DNA from: a virus | Lineage: Duplodnaviria; Caudoviricetes | Reading direction: 5' to 3' (one strand) | Length of the DNA stretch: 42,161 bases | IMG/VR virus record: IMGVR_UViG_3300031965_000066 | Span: 1 to 42,161 of that record | The notes under the pieces: model-generated | What the model was told of the DNA's origin: nothing | Database searches by the model: none | Seen by the model: the letters and a program-made list of their open reading frames with translations, nothing else | Shown: positions 8,043 to 16,499 of the stretch, piece after piece | Position numbering within the stretch: position 1 is the first letter of the stretch | Layout of the letters: the number at the start of each line of letters is the position of its first letter | Position numbers and translations under genes: made by a program

Positions 8043-9881
8043 TTATTTTGCGTCCAACCAATTTGAACCACAACCAACTTCCGCTTTTAACTTCATTCTT
8101 GGAAGCCATTTTGGTGTTATTGACATGACCCGTTCCAGTTTCTTCTTAGTCAAAAAAGCAAATGGCATACGTTCTATCAAATGAATTTCGTCGTGAACAA
8201 GCCCTGTCACTTTATCGCCAAATTGTTGTGCGGCTTCCTTACAAATAATCCCTGCCAACGCTTGAGAAATATTCTCAAGAACTTTCCCGCCATATAATTT
8301 CCGGCGTTGAAATTGTCCTTTATCCCAAATGTCATAAATCCATTCTAATCCTTTTTCGCCTTCAACTTGACGAAGATTCGGATATTGCATTTCTAAGCCA
8401 TCTGGCAATATGAGAGCTTCTTTTTTGTACCGTATAGGTAAACCAATAAATAATCCTTTTTCATTTCGTGTTAGAAAAGGAATATAACTATTCAATATAT
8501 ACCATAATTGCGGTACTCGCGTATAACGAGAGCGATAAAGTTCAACCGCGCGTTCGGCTTCGGTATCTGAAATATTTTGGCTAGTTTGTAAACGTACTGT
8601 ACGTTTAAACTTCTTTGCACCCATCCCATAACCTAAACCAAGAATAGCACACTTTCCAAAGCGGCGTTCAAGCTCATCTTTCTTAGTGATCGTTCGTTCA
8701 TAAAACGTGGATGCGAAATCACAATATAAGTCCACGTCATTTTCTATAGCCTCAATAAGTCCTGGGTCTTTGGATAAATATGCGACAAGGCGAAGTTCTA
8801 TATTAGCGAAGTCCCCTACAATTAATCTATACCCCGGAGGAGCGCAGATGGCTTGGCGCAAGGCTGAACCCCGCGTGAGATTTTGAGGGTTACCTCCTGC
8901 ACCTTTCCCGCCCGAAAAACGATGTGTTTGATTCGCGCCGGAAAACTCCACATCAAATGCCCATTGTCCAGTTTCACCAATCCGCGCCAATTTTTCGCTT
9001 CGCGTTTCAAGGAGCGTTGACTTTGCAGCAATCCGTGCCTCACATAAAAATTTGAGTCTTTCATTTTCGCCCTCTAGCATATCAAGGAAGTCAGAATCAC
9101 CGAGAGAAATAGCCGGTATCATTTTTGGTAAGCCGTCTTCATTTTTTTGTTTTGGTGACGGTTTCATGGGACACTCAAAACCCTCCGCTTCGAGGAGTTT
9201 GGGAAACTTCACATTCGACGAAAAAACCGCCTTATTAATTCGCAGCTTGTTAAATATATTTTTCTTCCGTTCGCGTTCATTTTCCGCCGTTTGTTTAAGA
9301 AGCTCAATGTTAAGTTCAAGTTTAGGTGCAACAAACATTTGTACCGTACGATGGAGCATTTCGAATTGGCTCTTCGGGAAGTCCGGGACCAACTTCTGAT
9401 AAATAGCCCCGCCCAATTCCACATCATGCAAGCAATATTCTGCAAGTTCACGCTCTTGGGCGGGGGTTAAATCTTTCAATCCGTCCGTTTTCATTATGCC
9501 TTTCGCTTCCATTTTGAAATATTCAGCGATTGTTGCCAGAGAATGATTTTTAATGCGTTTACCGAAAACGGCTCGACTCATTCCCTTTGTGTCAATCCAT
9601 CGGCGCGGTTGTACCCCATAAATTTGATGTAGAATAAATCCATCAAACTTTACATTATGCGCGATTACATCAGTATTAGCCCAATCAATTTTCGTAATAA
9701 ATTCGTTTATGTTTTTATTACTAACCCATCGCGGTTTTTCGTCTCTTAAATCCCAATATCCTAGTCCCCACACTTTAAAACGAGGATCGCGAACATATTC
9801 AACCATACTCATTTTTTTAAGAGTATATCCTTCTTTTGAATCAAAATAAGACTCAAAGTCAATGACAAGTTTATTTATCAT
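8043..9881 (-). CDS. polA: DNA polymerase, family A, with 3'-5' exonuclease
   Basis: Exo IDFES/AHNVKFD/YCLHD; motif A GDFANIELR, motif B RRFGKCAILGLGYG, motif C VHDEI. Confidence 0.95.
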   Translation of the reverse strand: MINKLVIDFESYFDSKEGYTLKKMSMVEYVRDPRFKVWGLGYWDLRDEKPRWVSNKNINEFITKIDWANTDVIAHNVKFDGFILHQIYGVQPRRWIDTKGMSRAVFGKRIKNHSLATIAEYFKMEAKGIMKTDGLKDLTPAQERELAEYCLHDVELGGAIYQKLVPDFPKSQFEMLHRTVQMFVAPKLELNIELLKQTAENERERKKNIFNKLRINKAVFSSNVKFPKLLEAEGFECPMKPSPKQKNEDGLPKMIPAISLGDSDFLDMLEGENERLKFLCEARIAAKSTLLETRSEKLARIGETGQWAFDVEFSGANQTHRFSGGKGAGGNPQNLTRGSALRQAICAPPGYRLIVGDFANIELRLVAYLSKDPGLIEAIENDVDLYCDFASTFYERTITKKDELERRFGKCAILGLGYGMGAKKFKRTVRLQTSQNISDTEAERAVELYRSRYTRVPQLWYILNSYIPFLTRNEKGLFIGLPIRYKKEALILPDGLEMQYPNLRQVEGEKGLEWIYDIWDKGQFQRRKLYGGKVLENISQALAGIICKEAAQQFGDKVTGLVHDEIHLIERMPFAFLTKKKLERVMSITPKWLPRMKLKAEVGCGSNWLDAK

Positions 9882-10354
9882 TACAAGGGAGCCTTTTCTT
9901 CTTTTGGTCGGTCATCTTGCGCTGTATTGTTTTTCCCGCGCTTCTCATAAGCCGATAAAAACATAATTTCACACATGGCGTGGTCAAGATGTGAAAGACC
10001 AGTTTCAGCGTCGTTGTCTTCGCCGTGCCACCACTTCCACATATGGCGCATAATCGCACCAAACACGCGCCCATAAGTAATGCCTTTTTCCCAGTTACGC
10101 GCGTCATATTTCTTCGCGCCGAATGTCAAAACTTTAGCAACACCTTCGACCGCATCGTAGGCCACTAATTCCCAACGCGGTTTTCCTTCGTCTTTTTTCG
10201 CGCCGGAAAGTAAAGTTTGTCCATCCATATTGGTGATTGCTCCCGATTTTACCACGGTATGTCCCTCCCAATCTCGCGCTTTTCCACATACGATACAAAA
10301 TTCAGATTCGTTAAACCTTTGACTTGGATTATAATAATGGGCGATCATTTCCAT
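9881..10354 (-). CDS. dATP/dGTP diphosphohydrolase-like (DUF5664) protein with N-terminal H-CxxC-H module
   Basis: KKDEGKPRWEL...FGAKKY...NWEKG...RH...WWHGEDND-ETGLSHLDHA signature. Confidence 0.88.
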   Translation of the reverse strand: MEMIAHYYNPSQRFNESEFCIVCGKARDWEGHTVVKSGAITNMDGQTLLSGAKKDEGKPRWELVAYDAVEGVAKVLTFGAKKYDARNWEKGITYGRVFGAIMRHMWKWWHGEDNDAETGLSHLDHAMCEIMFLSAYEKRGKNNTAQDDRPKEEKAPL

Positions 10355-10623
10355 TAAATATCTCCATTTTCTTCTTTTTTTTGAATTTCGTAAGGATGAC
10401 CATGATTAAAATAAAACTCTAGAAACGCCAAAAATGCTGCGGTTTGATTGTCGCTCATTCCCGTTATCAGTTTAAATTGATTATGAATAGTTGTCCATCG
10501 TGGGTTTTCACGCCATGCTTGCATCAATCGCGAATATTCTAAAAAACATAAGTCGCCAACTACTCTCGGTTTAATGTCCTCTGCCAAAAGAGGGGCGCGT
10601 AAATCGCGTTTGATGAAAGGCAT
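10354..10623 (-). CDS. DUF6899-like phage protein
   Basis: MPFI...GDL...LEFY...PYE-x-K-x-EENGDI C-terminal signature. Confidence 0.7.
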   Translation of the reverse strand: MPFIKRDLRAPLLAEDIKPRVVGDLCFLEYSRLMQAWRENPRWTTIHNQFKLITGMSDNQTAAFLAFLEFYFNHGHPYEIQKKEENGDI

Positions 10624-10634
10624 TTATTTTCTCC

Positions 10635-11177
10635 TTACCGAAACAATTCAATCAATTTATTTTTAAAATCTTTAATTATACACGGAATCCAAAATTTCAT
10701 ACGCCATTTAAATCGTTGGTGGCGCGATAAAAAATTTTTCGCTAAGAACCGGGCCGCTTGAACTTCATTCTGGCACACAAAATCCGTTTGATGAACCGCA
10801 ATAAAACCCGGTTTTGGATTTATAAAAATTGTGATCTTCCAATTTGTCCCTCGCGCCTTGACCATTTCAAATATTGAACCTTGCGACCGCATCCCATCTT
10901 TTGGAAAGATAAATCCCGCGCTCTTGCGAATTTGTTTTCCGTCTTTAGCCCAAATCATATCACCAGTAACGCCTGGCCTATTACCAAGAATTTTATTATT
11001 ATCTTTGATACCTTCCCCTGGAACAGGACTATTGACGGAAATTCCATAGCGCATATATGTCTTGCGTTGGCGTCGATAGGTCGCCCATACTTGCTTTCCG
11101 GTTTTCCCGGTCATTGGAAGCGCGGGATAGACGCTTAAAGACGGTCCAAACCACCATTTATGCAGGTTCTCCAACAT
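10635..11177 (-). CDS. Nucleoside 2-deoxyribosyltransferase / Rcl-like N-glycosidase
   Basis: VYPALPMTG, GISVNSP, IWAKD, SQGSIFE (catalytic Glu) in NDT-fold order; start at ATG 11177 after GAGG. Confidence 0.65.
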   Translation of the reverse strand: MLENLHKWWFGPSLSVYPALPMTGKTGKQVWATYRRQRKTYMRYGISVNSPVPGEGIKDNNKILGNRPGVTGDMIWAKDGKQIRKSAGFIFPKDGMRSQGSIFEMVKARGTNWKITIFINPKPGFIAVHQTDFVCQNEVQAARFLAKNFLSRHQRFKWRMKFWIPCIIKDFKNKLIELFR

Positions 11178-11275
11178 TAAAAAACCCTCATAGTTATAGA
11201 AGAAACAATACGATAAAGAGGACCATAACATAAACCAATAATTAATGCGCAAATTATATTATTTAAAGTGTCCAT
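11177..11275 (-). CDS. 32-aa hydrophobic micro-protein
   Basis: MDTLNNIICALIIGLCYGPLYRIVSSITMRVF; TAATG overlaps at both ends. Confidence 0.55.
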   Translation of the reverse strand: MDTLNNIICALIIGLCYGPLYRIVSSITMRVF

Positions 11276-12840
11276 TAAAAGGCCTCTACTTTTATTTTGT
11301 TCTTGTCTCCCACGTCTCGTATCTTAATCATGAACGGCGCAATAGTATTTGCCAACGTTGATTTTGTATGATATATCATGCTCGTATCGGGGTCATGGCG
11401 TCTGACAGTCAGCACAAATTCTGCAGCGGCGGGTTTAGCGATTGATCCCGCCATCCTAAATGCCGACGGCTGCTCGTCTTCGTTCTTCGCATGAAAGGCT
11501 CCTTTGTTTTCGTGATCCACGAAAATAAAAGTACAACCAAAATCGTTTCGAAGTTTTTTGATGCGCTCTAAAACTGTTTGAATTTCACCCCGGTTATTTT
11601 CCTCGACCGTATGAAACGATACAAACGAGTCAATTAAAACAATGTCCGGGCGAATTTCATCCAATTCTTTACGAAATGCTTGGTATGACGTATCTAAATT
11701 AATTCGGGTAGTAGTGCCACATCTTATAAAAAGATTCCCTTTCAGGTCTTTTGCTCTTAAGTTTTTGGCCGCAAGGACAGCCCGAAATCGTCTTTGTGTT
11801 TCGCCCTTGAAACGCTCTTGATCTATAAATAAAACTTTTGCTTTTTTAGTCGGGAATCGTCCCATCCATTTCCCGCCGCCTTGCGCACATTCCACGGCAA
11901 GATCAATCAAAATCCATGTTTTCCCCGTTTCCGGTAATCCCGCGACAAAGCCGATTGATTTTTGCGCGACGAGGCTTGGCACAATCCAACTAACGATTTC
12001 CAAGTTCTCTAAAAACGTTTCAGCATCAGCCGCCAATTGTCCACTCTCTGGTTCACTCACGGCATAACGTCCGACACTATTACAGATAGTTTGTAACTCA
12101 TTCAATGGAAAGCCAAGTTTTGTAGCACGACCACACAAAAGTTCAAAAATATCAGTTGCTTCGTAGCCCCGCGCTCTCAAACTTCCTGCCACTTTGGTAA
12201 AAATTTCATTCCGATTTCCTTCTTTTAATTCACCTAAGGCCCTGCCAACCCATCCTTGTTTCGATAAAGTATCGTTTTTGAGGCTTAAGTGAAATGAGCC
12301 ACCTTTGGTCGGGAGAAGGTCAAGTAACCATTTTGGTGGGTTCGCCAAAGGTGCGATGTGTGGCGGTACAATCCATTCGTACCCTTCCGATGGAGTCATT
12401 TTTGCATATCCACCATATCCCTTAGTATCGACGCCTTTGTGTATAATACTCGTCGTATTCGTTTGTTTTTCTTCAAGCGCAAGCGTCCATTTCATGTACA
12501 GGTGAAGTCCACCTGATTTCGTTTTTTCAGTCCAAGTTCTGGGCAATCTATGTTTGTTTTCTTCGTAAAAATTCTTAGACTCTGTATGTTTGGTAAAATC
12601 AAAATCCAAGAGAAATAATCCACTCACGCGACCCATAGCCACACCAACACTTCTCCCATTAGGAGTGAACCATTCCGACACTTCCGCCAGAGTCGGTAAG
12701 TTATCCTGTAATCGGTCCCATTTTACTAGCGGAATCTTGGTTTCGTTGCTCACGGGAAATACGCTTAATCCTCTGTTTCTTAACTGTATCACCTGATTTA
12801 GTTGCACTCGCGCCCCCTGTCCATTTGAATCTCTTGTCAT
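11275..12840 (-). CDS. Bifunctional primase-polymerase (Prim-Pol) fused to PriCT and RepA/AAA_25-type helicase
   Basis: LLDFD and TKSGGLHLY primase motifs; EGNRN PriCT; Walker A GLPETGKT, FIDQE, Walker B VLIDS. Confidence 0.92.
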   Translation of the reverse strand: MTRDSNGQGARVQLNQVIQLRNRGLSVFPVSNETKIPLVKWDRLQDNLPTLAEVSEWFTPNGRSVGVAMGRVSGLFLLDFDFTKHTESKNFYEENKHRLPRTWTEKTKSGGLHLYMKWTLALEEKQTNTTSIIHKGVDTKGYGGYAKMTPSEGYEWIVPPHIAPLANPPKWLLDLLPTKGGSFHLSLKNDTLSKQGWVGRALGELKEGNRNEIFTKVAGSLRARGYEATDIFELLCGRATKLGFPLNELQTICNSVGRYAVSEPESGQLAADAETFLENLEIVSWIVPSLVAQKSIGFVAGLPETGKTWILIDLAVECAQGGGKWMGRFPTKKAKVLFIDQERFKGETQRRFRAVLAAKNLRAKDLKGNLFIRCGTTTRINLDTSYQAFRKELDEIRPDIVLIDSFVSFHTVEENNRGEIQTVLERIKKLRNDFGCTFIFVDHENKGAFHAKNEDEQPSAFRMAGSIAKPAAAEFVLTVRRHDPDTSMIYHTKSTLANTIAPFMIKIRDVGDKNKIKVEAF

Positions 12841-13687
12841 TTTCCCAGGTTAATCTAAAACGATAGGTTTGACGACACCGTATCGCTTGGTTTTTTAACT
12901 GTCTAATTTCGTCTGCGTTTGTTATTAAAAACGGATGAAAATCATCACCGTTTTCTTTTCCAAACCGCAAAACTTCAAGCCCTCCAATTTTTAAAGGTAA
13001 ACCATATTGTTCAAGCCACTTATCAAGCCACCCCTCAATCGCTATCGCATACGACGCGAGTTGAATGAATTGATCTACATAAATACCGTTACTCGTTTTA
13101 TAATCTGATAAAATCAACATACCATTACGCAAAGAAAGATGATCGAATTTTCCGGCATAACAAGTACAAAGTCCTTCATTTTCTTGGGATATTGCACGGT
13201 ATGGACAAACACGCGCAACAATTGCTTCCAATAGAACAGTTTGGCCCTTATTCTGTTCGTGCCATCCCTCATATTTTTTTATGCCGTTACGGATTTTATC
13301 CCAATCTCTATGTAATTTAGCCTTTGATAATACAACCATGGCGTCGTTTACCTTTCCAATCTCTGTAAAATACGCATAATCATGGACGATTGTCCCAATA
13401 TCAGCGGCGCGTTTAGCGACTTTCGCACTGGCCTTTTTACTTTTCTTAATGATCCTCGCGAGTAATTCTCCTTCAACCACACGCGCCGGGTAATTTTTTC
13501 GCAAGCGTTGAATAAGACGAGCCGTATATTTAGAACCTTCCCCAATTTGCCATTTGATTAGTTGTTCTGACGTTGGATAGCCACCCTTTCCGAATGTCGT
13601 AACTCCCGGAACACGATTTCCGTCAAGCGTATACCGATGCTTCTCCTCGTCAAAAACCAAAAGATGATTGTCTTTTCGAGATTCCAT
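12701..13687 (-). CDS. PD-(D/E)XK exonuclease (RecE/Cas4-like)
   Basis: HRY...PGVTT, GTIVH, YAGKFD, DYKTS, QLASY; probable start ATG 13687. Confidence 0.85.
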   Translation of the reverse strand: MESRKDNHLLVFDEEKHRYTLDGNRVPGVTTFGKGGYPTSEQLIKWQIGEGSKYTARLIQRLRKNYPARVVEGELLARIIKKSKKASAKVAKRAADIGTIVHDYAYFTEIGKVNDAMVVLSKAKLHRDWDKIRNGIKKYEGWHEQNKGQTVLLEAIVARVCPYRAISQENEGLCTCYAGKFDHLSLRNGMLILSDYKTSNGIYVDQFIQLASYAIAIEGWLDKWLEQYGLPLKIGGLEVLRFGKENGDDFHPFLITNADEIRQLKNQAIRCRQTYRFRLTWENDKRFKWTGGASATKSGDTVKKQRIKRISREQRNQDSASKMGPITG

Positions 13688-13688
13688 T

Positions 13689-13967
13689 TTATTTTTTATG
13701 GTCCCAAGTATATGCAACACTAGCATCGGCGGCTTTATGAACCAACGCCAAATACTCGTCAATATTCGTGAATGGAAGGCCTGCAATTCCAGGCGACGCA
13801 AGGGCGGCATTGAAAGCCACACACGCAACCTTACCACGCGCTTCAGCTTGAAAATCCCGACCTGGATAAGGTTTCATATCTTGCGCACCCTCACTGAATT
13901 TATGACTCACTGGCGCAGGAGCAGTTTTTTCGACCTTCGTTGAACTGTTCGATTTTAATATTGGCAT
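13689..13967 (-). CDS. Hypothetical protein in the recombination/SSB module
   Basis: GGAGG RBS; position between SSB-like gene and exonuclease. Confidence 0.7.
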   Translation of the reverse strand: MPILKSNSSTKVEKTAPAPVSHKFSEGAQDMKPYPGRDFQAEARGKVACVAFNAALASPGIAGLPFTNIDEYLALVHKAADASVAYTWDHKK

Positions 13968-13971
13968 ATTA

Positions 13972-14343
13972 TTAATCCTCCAAAACGGCTACCGCTACAT
14001 CATTAAATCGGCGTCCGCCTTTTAGTTTTTTCTCCCCATTGAAAATGAATTCCAACACTTCGCCCGGATTAACTTGCGCAACCGCCGTATCAATGGCTTT
14101 GCTACCAAACAATGAAACAGTATCACCCTCTTGAATATCTGCCTCTTTATAAGTATTGCCTTCTTTAACGGTAATAAGTGCGTCGCCGGCAATCGCATTG
14201 AATTCATGGAGTTTACTTGATTTTCCTTGAATTGTAATATCTTTACTTCCAAGATATTTTCCGACAAAGCGCGAACCGAGTTTATCAGTTAAACGCACGG
14301 TCGGGTTTGATTTTAATTCTGTACTAAGTGTTCGTTTCCCCAT
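13972..14343 (-). CDS. Probable single-stranded DNA-binding protein (OB-fold-like)
   Basis: G-x-Y-x-G...SLFGS-AID...PGE...F-x-GEK pattern; acidic C-terminus; gene context. Confidence 0.55.
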   Translation of the reverse strand: MGKRTLSTELKSNPTVRLTDKLGSRFVGKYLGSKDITIQGKSSKLHEFNAIAGDALITVKEGNTYKEADIQEGDTVSLFGSKAIDTAVAQVNPGEVLEFIFNGEKKLKGGRRFNDVAVAVLED

Positions 14344-14370
14344 TGTATTCCTCCTTTTTATTTTCGTTTC

Positions 14371-14793
14371 TTAAACCCTAACACCACTTCTAATTTCCGC
14401 AGGTAATGGAGTTTGTTTAACAATTGATTGGCATTTATTTCTTCTTTCTTTTCTTTTATCCCAATTTTTCTGAGTGATTTCATTTTCAATTGTTTTTACA
14501 AATTCTGCAATCGCTTCGCGGGACCATTTTTCACTATCGTTTAAAAACATAATTGCGTTAGAAAGTGGCACATTCATGTCTCTTATCTCTATAGGTAGCG
14601 ATACTGGTGAGTTTAGATAGGGATAATACATACTTAAGATTTTTAAGGCGTCTTCTGTTGTATGAAAACTTTCCAATCCCCCTAGTCCGTCTAAACCTGC
14701 TCCAAGCGCACAAGTTGCTTGCTCATGAAAAAGTCTTCCCGTTCCTTGTGGTTTTAATTTGCTTCCTTTCAAGATTGCTTTCCATAATTTCAT
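14371..14793 (-). CDS. Phage protein with CALGA...ND motif (DUF6197-like)
   Basis: TCALGAG and FLNDSEKWSREAIAEF; AGGAGG RBS. Confidence 0.65.
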   Translation of the reverse strand: MKLWKAILKGSKLKPQGTGRLFHEQATCALGAGLDGLGGLESFHTTEDALKILSMYYPYLNSPVSLPIEIRDMNVPLSNAIMFLNDSEKWSREAIAEFVKTIENEITQKNWDKRKERRNKCQSIVKQTPLPAEIRSGVRV

Positions 14794-14809
14794 TTTTATA
14801 TCCTCCTTT

Positions 14810-15010
14810 TTATTTAAGAGATTTAAATAATAAACTTGCCAAGACGGTTAAACCCCAGGCACTTAAGAAATTTAATGTATGCAAACCATCAATCGCATAA
14901 ACCGCCACATTATTCCAAAGTAATTGAACAGGCCACGACAAAAGTGCAGATAAACCCGCCGTAAAAATAAGAGCCAGAATAACCGCTAAAAATCTATAGA
15001 AAATTTCCAT
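14810..15010 (-). CDS. Small membrane protein
   Basis: Two hydrophobic segments around LLWN. Confidence 0.75.
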   Translation of the reverse strand: MEIFYRFLAVILALIFTAGLSALLSWPVQLLWNNVAVYAIDGLHTLNFLSAWGLTVLASLLFKSLK

Positions 15011-15024
15011 TATTAAATTTCTCC

Positions 15025-15450
15025 TTATTTCGTCAAATGCGATTTCTTTTCATAAGTACGATAACCAGCCAAACCAAGAATACCAAATAAAACTGTGTTT
15101 AACATACCACCATCAAACGCCGGCAAAACCGGCGGAACACCTGTATAAAGTGTCGTACCAAACATAATTAACGGTTGTATAACAGTATGCCAAGTAAAAC
15201 CCAAAACACAAACCCACGCAAGAGAAGGTCGCCAATAAGATTTAAATTTATCTGTACTTTGGGCGTCTGTTTTATTTATTTCTGCTTGAATAACGTCAGT
15301 TTTAATGAGCGACTCAATTAACTTACCTTCTTGTTCTAATAATTTCGCTTGAAGTTCTAATTTTACGCGCTCTGCTTCCGCTTTATTTGGAATAACTTTA
15401 TCCAAAACTGAACCTAACAGCGGAATTAAACTTGAAATAATTGGTATCAT
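15025..15450 (-). CDS. 3TM (GTA-type) holin family protein
   Basis: LDKVIP...AEINK...WRP...W...LGLAGYRTYEK signature. Confidence 0.85.
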   Translation of the reverse strand: MIPIISSLIPLLGSVLDKVIPNKAEAERVKLELQAKLLEQEGKLIESLIKTDVIQAEINKTDAQSTDKFKSYWRPSLAWVCVLGFTWHTVIQPLIMFGTTLYTGVPPVLPAFDGGMLNTVLFGILGLAGYRTYEKKSHLTK

Positions 15451-15890
15451 TCTGATTCCTCCTCTGTACTATATATGCTGCTATTCGCCATTTTGATGAC
15501 ATACCAATCAAAACTTTTTTTCTGAATTCGTTTCACCATGGTTTGTACCGTAGAACGTTTGATATTCAAGCATTTTGCTACGGCATCTTGCGTCAATCCG
15601 TTTGCCAAGAGCAATAAAACTTCTTTTTCCCGCTTGGAAAATTTAATTTCGCGCCAATCTCTTTTAAGAATTTTTCTTAGTAAATTCTCTTGGGGCGGTT
15701 CAGATTCTTCCAACATATCCGGGTTAGAAGTAGGATATTCGTTGGTTTCACCCGTTGTATCGTGATGAGCGCGTGCCCTTGATGCTCTTGCCATGGCGTC
15801 CCAATAAGGACTAGACTCACCCTTGTATTTTTTCTTAGTAATGATTTCTTTTGTTTTTTGCCATTTAATAAAACGTGTTTTTGCTGCCAT
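15447..15890 (-). CDS. LuxR/sigma70-region-4 HTH transcription regulator
   Basis: FSKREKEVLLLLANGLTQDAVAKCLNIKRSTVQTMVKRIQKK. Confidence 0.85.
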   Translation of the reverse strand: MAAKTRFIKWQKTKEIITKKKYKGESSPYWDAMARASRARAHHDTTGETNEYPTSNPDMLEESEPPQENLLRKILKRDWREIKFSKREKEVLLLLANGLTQDAVAKCLNIKRSTVQTMVKRIQKKSFDWYVIKMANSSIYSTEEESE

Positions 15891-15905
15891 ATTTTTGTCC
15901 TTTTT

Positions 15906-15941
15906 ATTAATTATATATTAATAATAGATTAATTATATATT
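15906..15941. repeat. Tandem 14-bp direct repeat ATTAATTATATATT
   Basis: Copies at 15906-15919 and 15928-15941, just upstream of the HTH gene. Confidence 0.7.
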
Positions 15942-16345
15942 TGTATTTTGTAAATTAATAATTTTTTTACATTGACCGATTTTTCTTCTTTATAACTACT
16001 AACCCATAAATCAATTTGGTTTTTAATTACGAATTTTTTTACTTTACCTTTAATTTTTTTGGTAGAAGTATTTGACATACAATCATTTACGAAGCGAAAA
16101 CCGTAGTTTTCAATAAACAACCAATCACCATAATGTATTTTCTTTAGATATTCAGGATGGCGACACCGTTTATGAAGTTTACGACATGCGCCACAAAGTA
16201 AATCTCGACTGATGGCGACGCCACCAGGTTCAACGTGCGCCCCGGTTGATGTGTGAAATGGTGTGGAATCGGTCTGTTCTGGTACCGACCTATAAGACGT
16301 GACGGTTAGCGTCCCAACCAGGATTGTGATTACAGTTAAATTCAT
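15929..16345 (-). CDS. 3D-domain (MltA-like) cell-wall hydrolase
   Basis: VTSY...QTDSTPFHTSTG...VAISRDLL...YGD...VNDCM...IDLW; hydrophobic N-terminus. Confidence 0.8.
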   Translation of the reverse strand: MNLTVITILVGTLTVTSYRSVPEQTDSTPFHTSTGAHVEPGGVAISRDLLCGACRKLHKRCRHPEYLKKIHYGDWLFIENYGFRFVNDCMSNTSTKKIKGKVKKFVIKNQIDLWVSSYKEEKSVNVKKLLIYKIQIYN

Positions 16346-16499
16346 GACGTAATTCTTCGCGCCGGGCAATTTTAGACAATTCCCGTAACGCCTCCCTATA
16401 AGATTTAAAAGTTTGGCGAAGTGTATAATTTTCAAATGTTGTACTTACTATATAGTTTCTTTCTTGTGTTTCAATTTGTAAGCGCAAAAGAACATTCAT
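16290..16499 (-). CDS. Hypothetical protein
   Basis: GGAG RBS; ATGA overlap with the HExxH gene. Confidence 0.5.
   Translation of the reverse strand: MNVLLRLQIETQERNYIVSTTFENYTLRQTFKSYREALRELSKIARREELRHEFNCNHNPGWDANRHVL

Noticed and set aside
9881-10354. Z-genome (2-aminoadenine) pathway
   Set aside because: No PurZ (adenylosuccinate synthetase-like) or HD-domain DatZ gene recognised; DUF5664 alone is insufficient
12701-13687. Cas4 implying a CRISPR locus
   Set aside because: No repeat-spacer array or other cas genes; context is SSB/primase recombination
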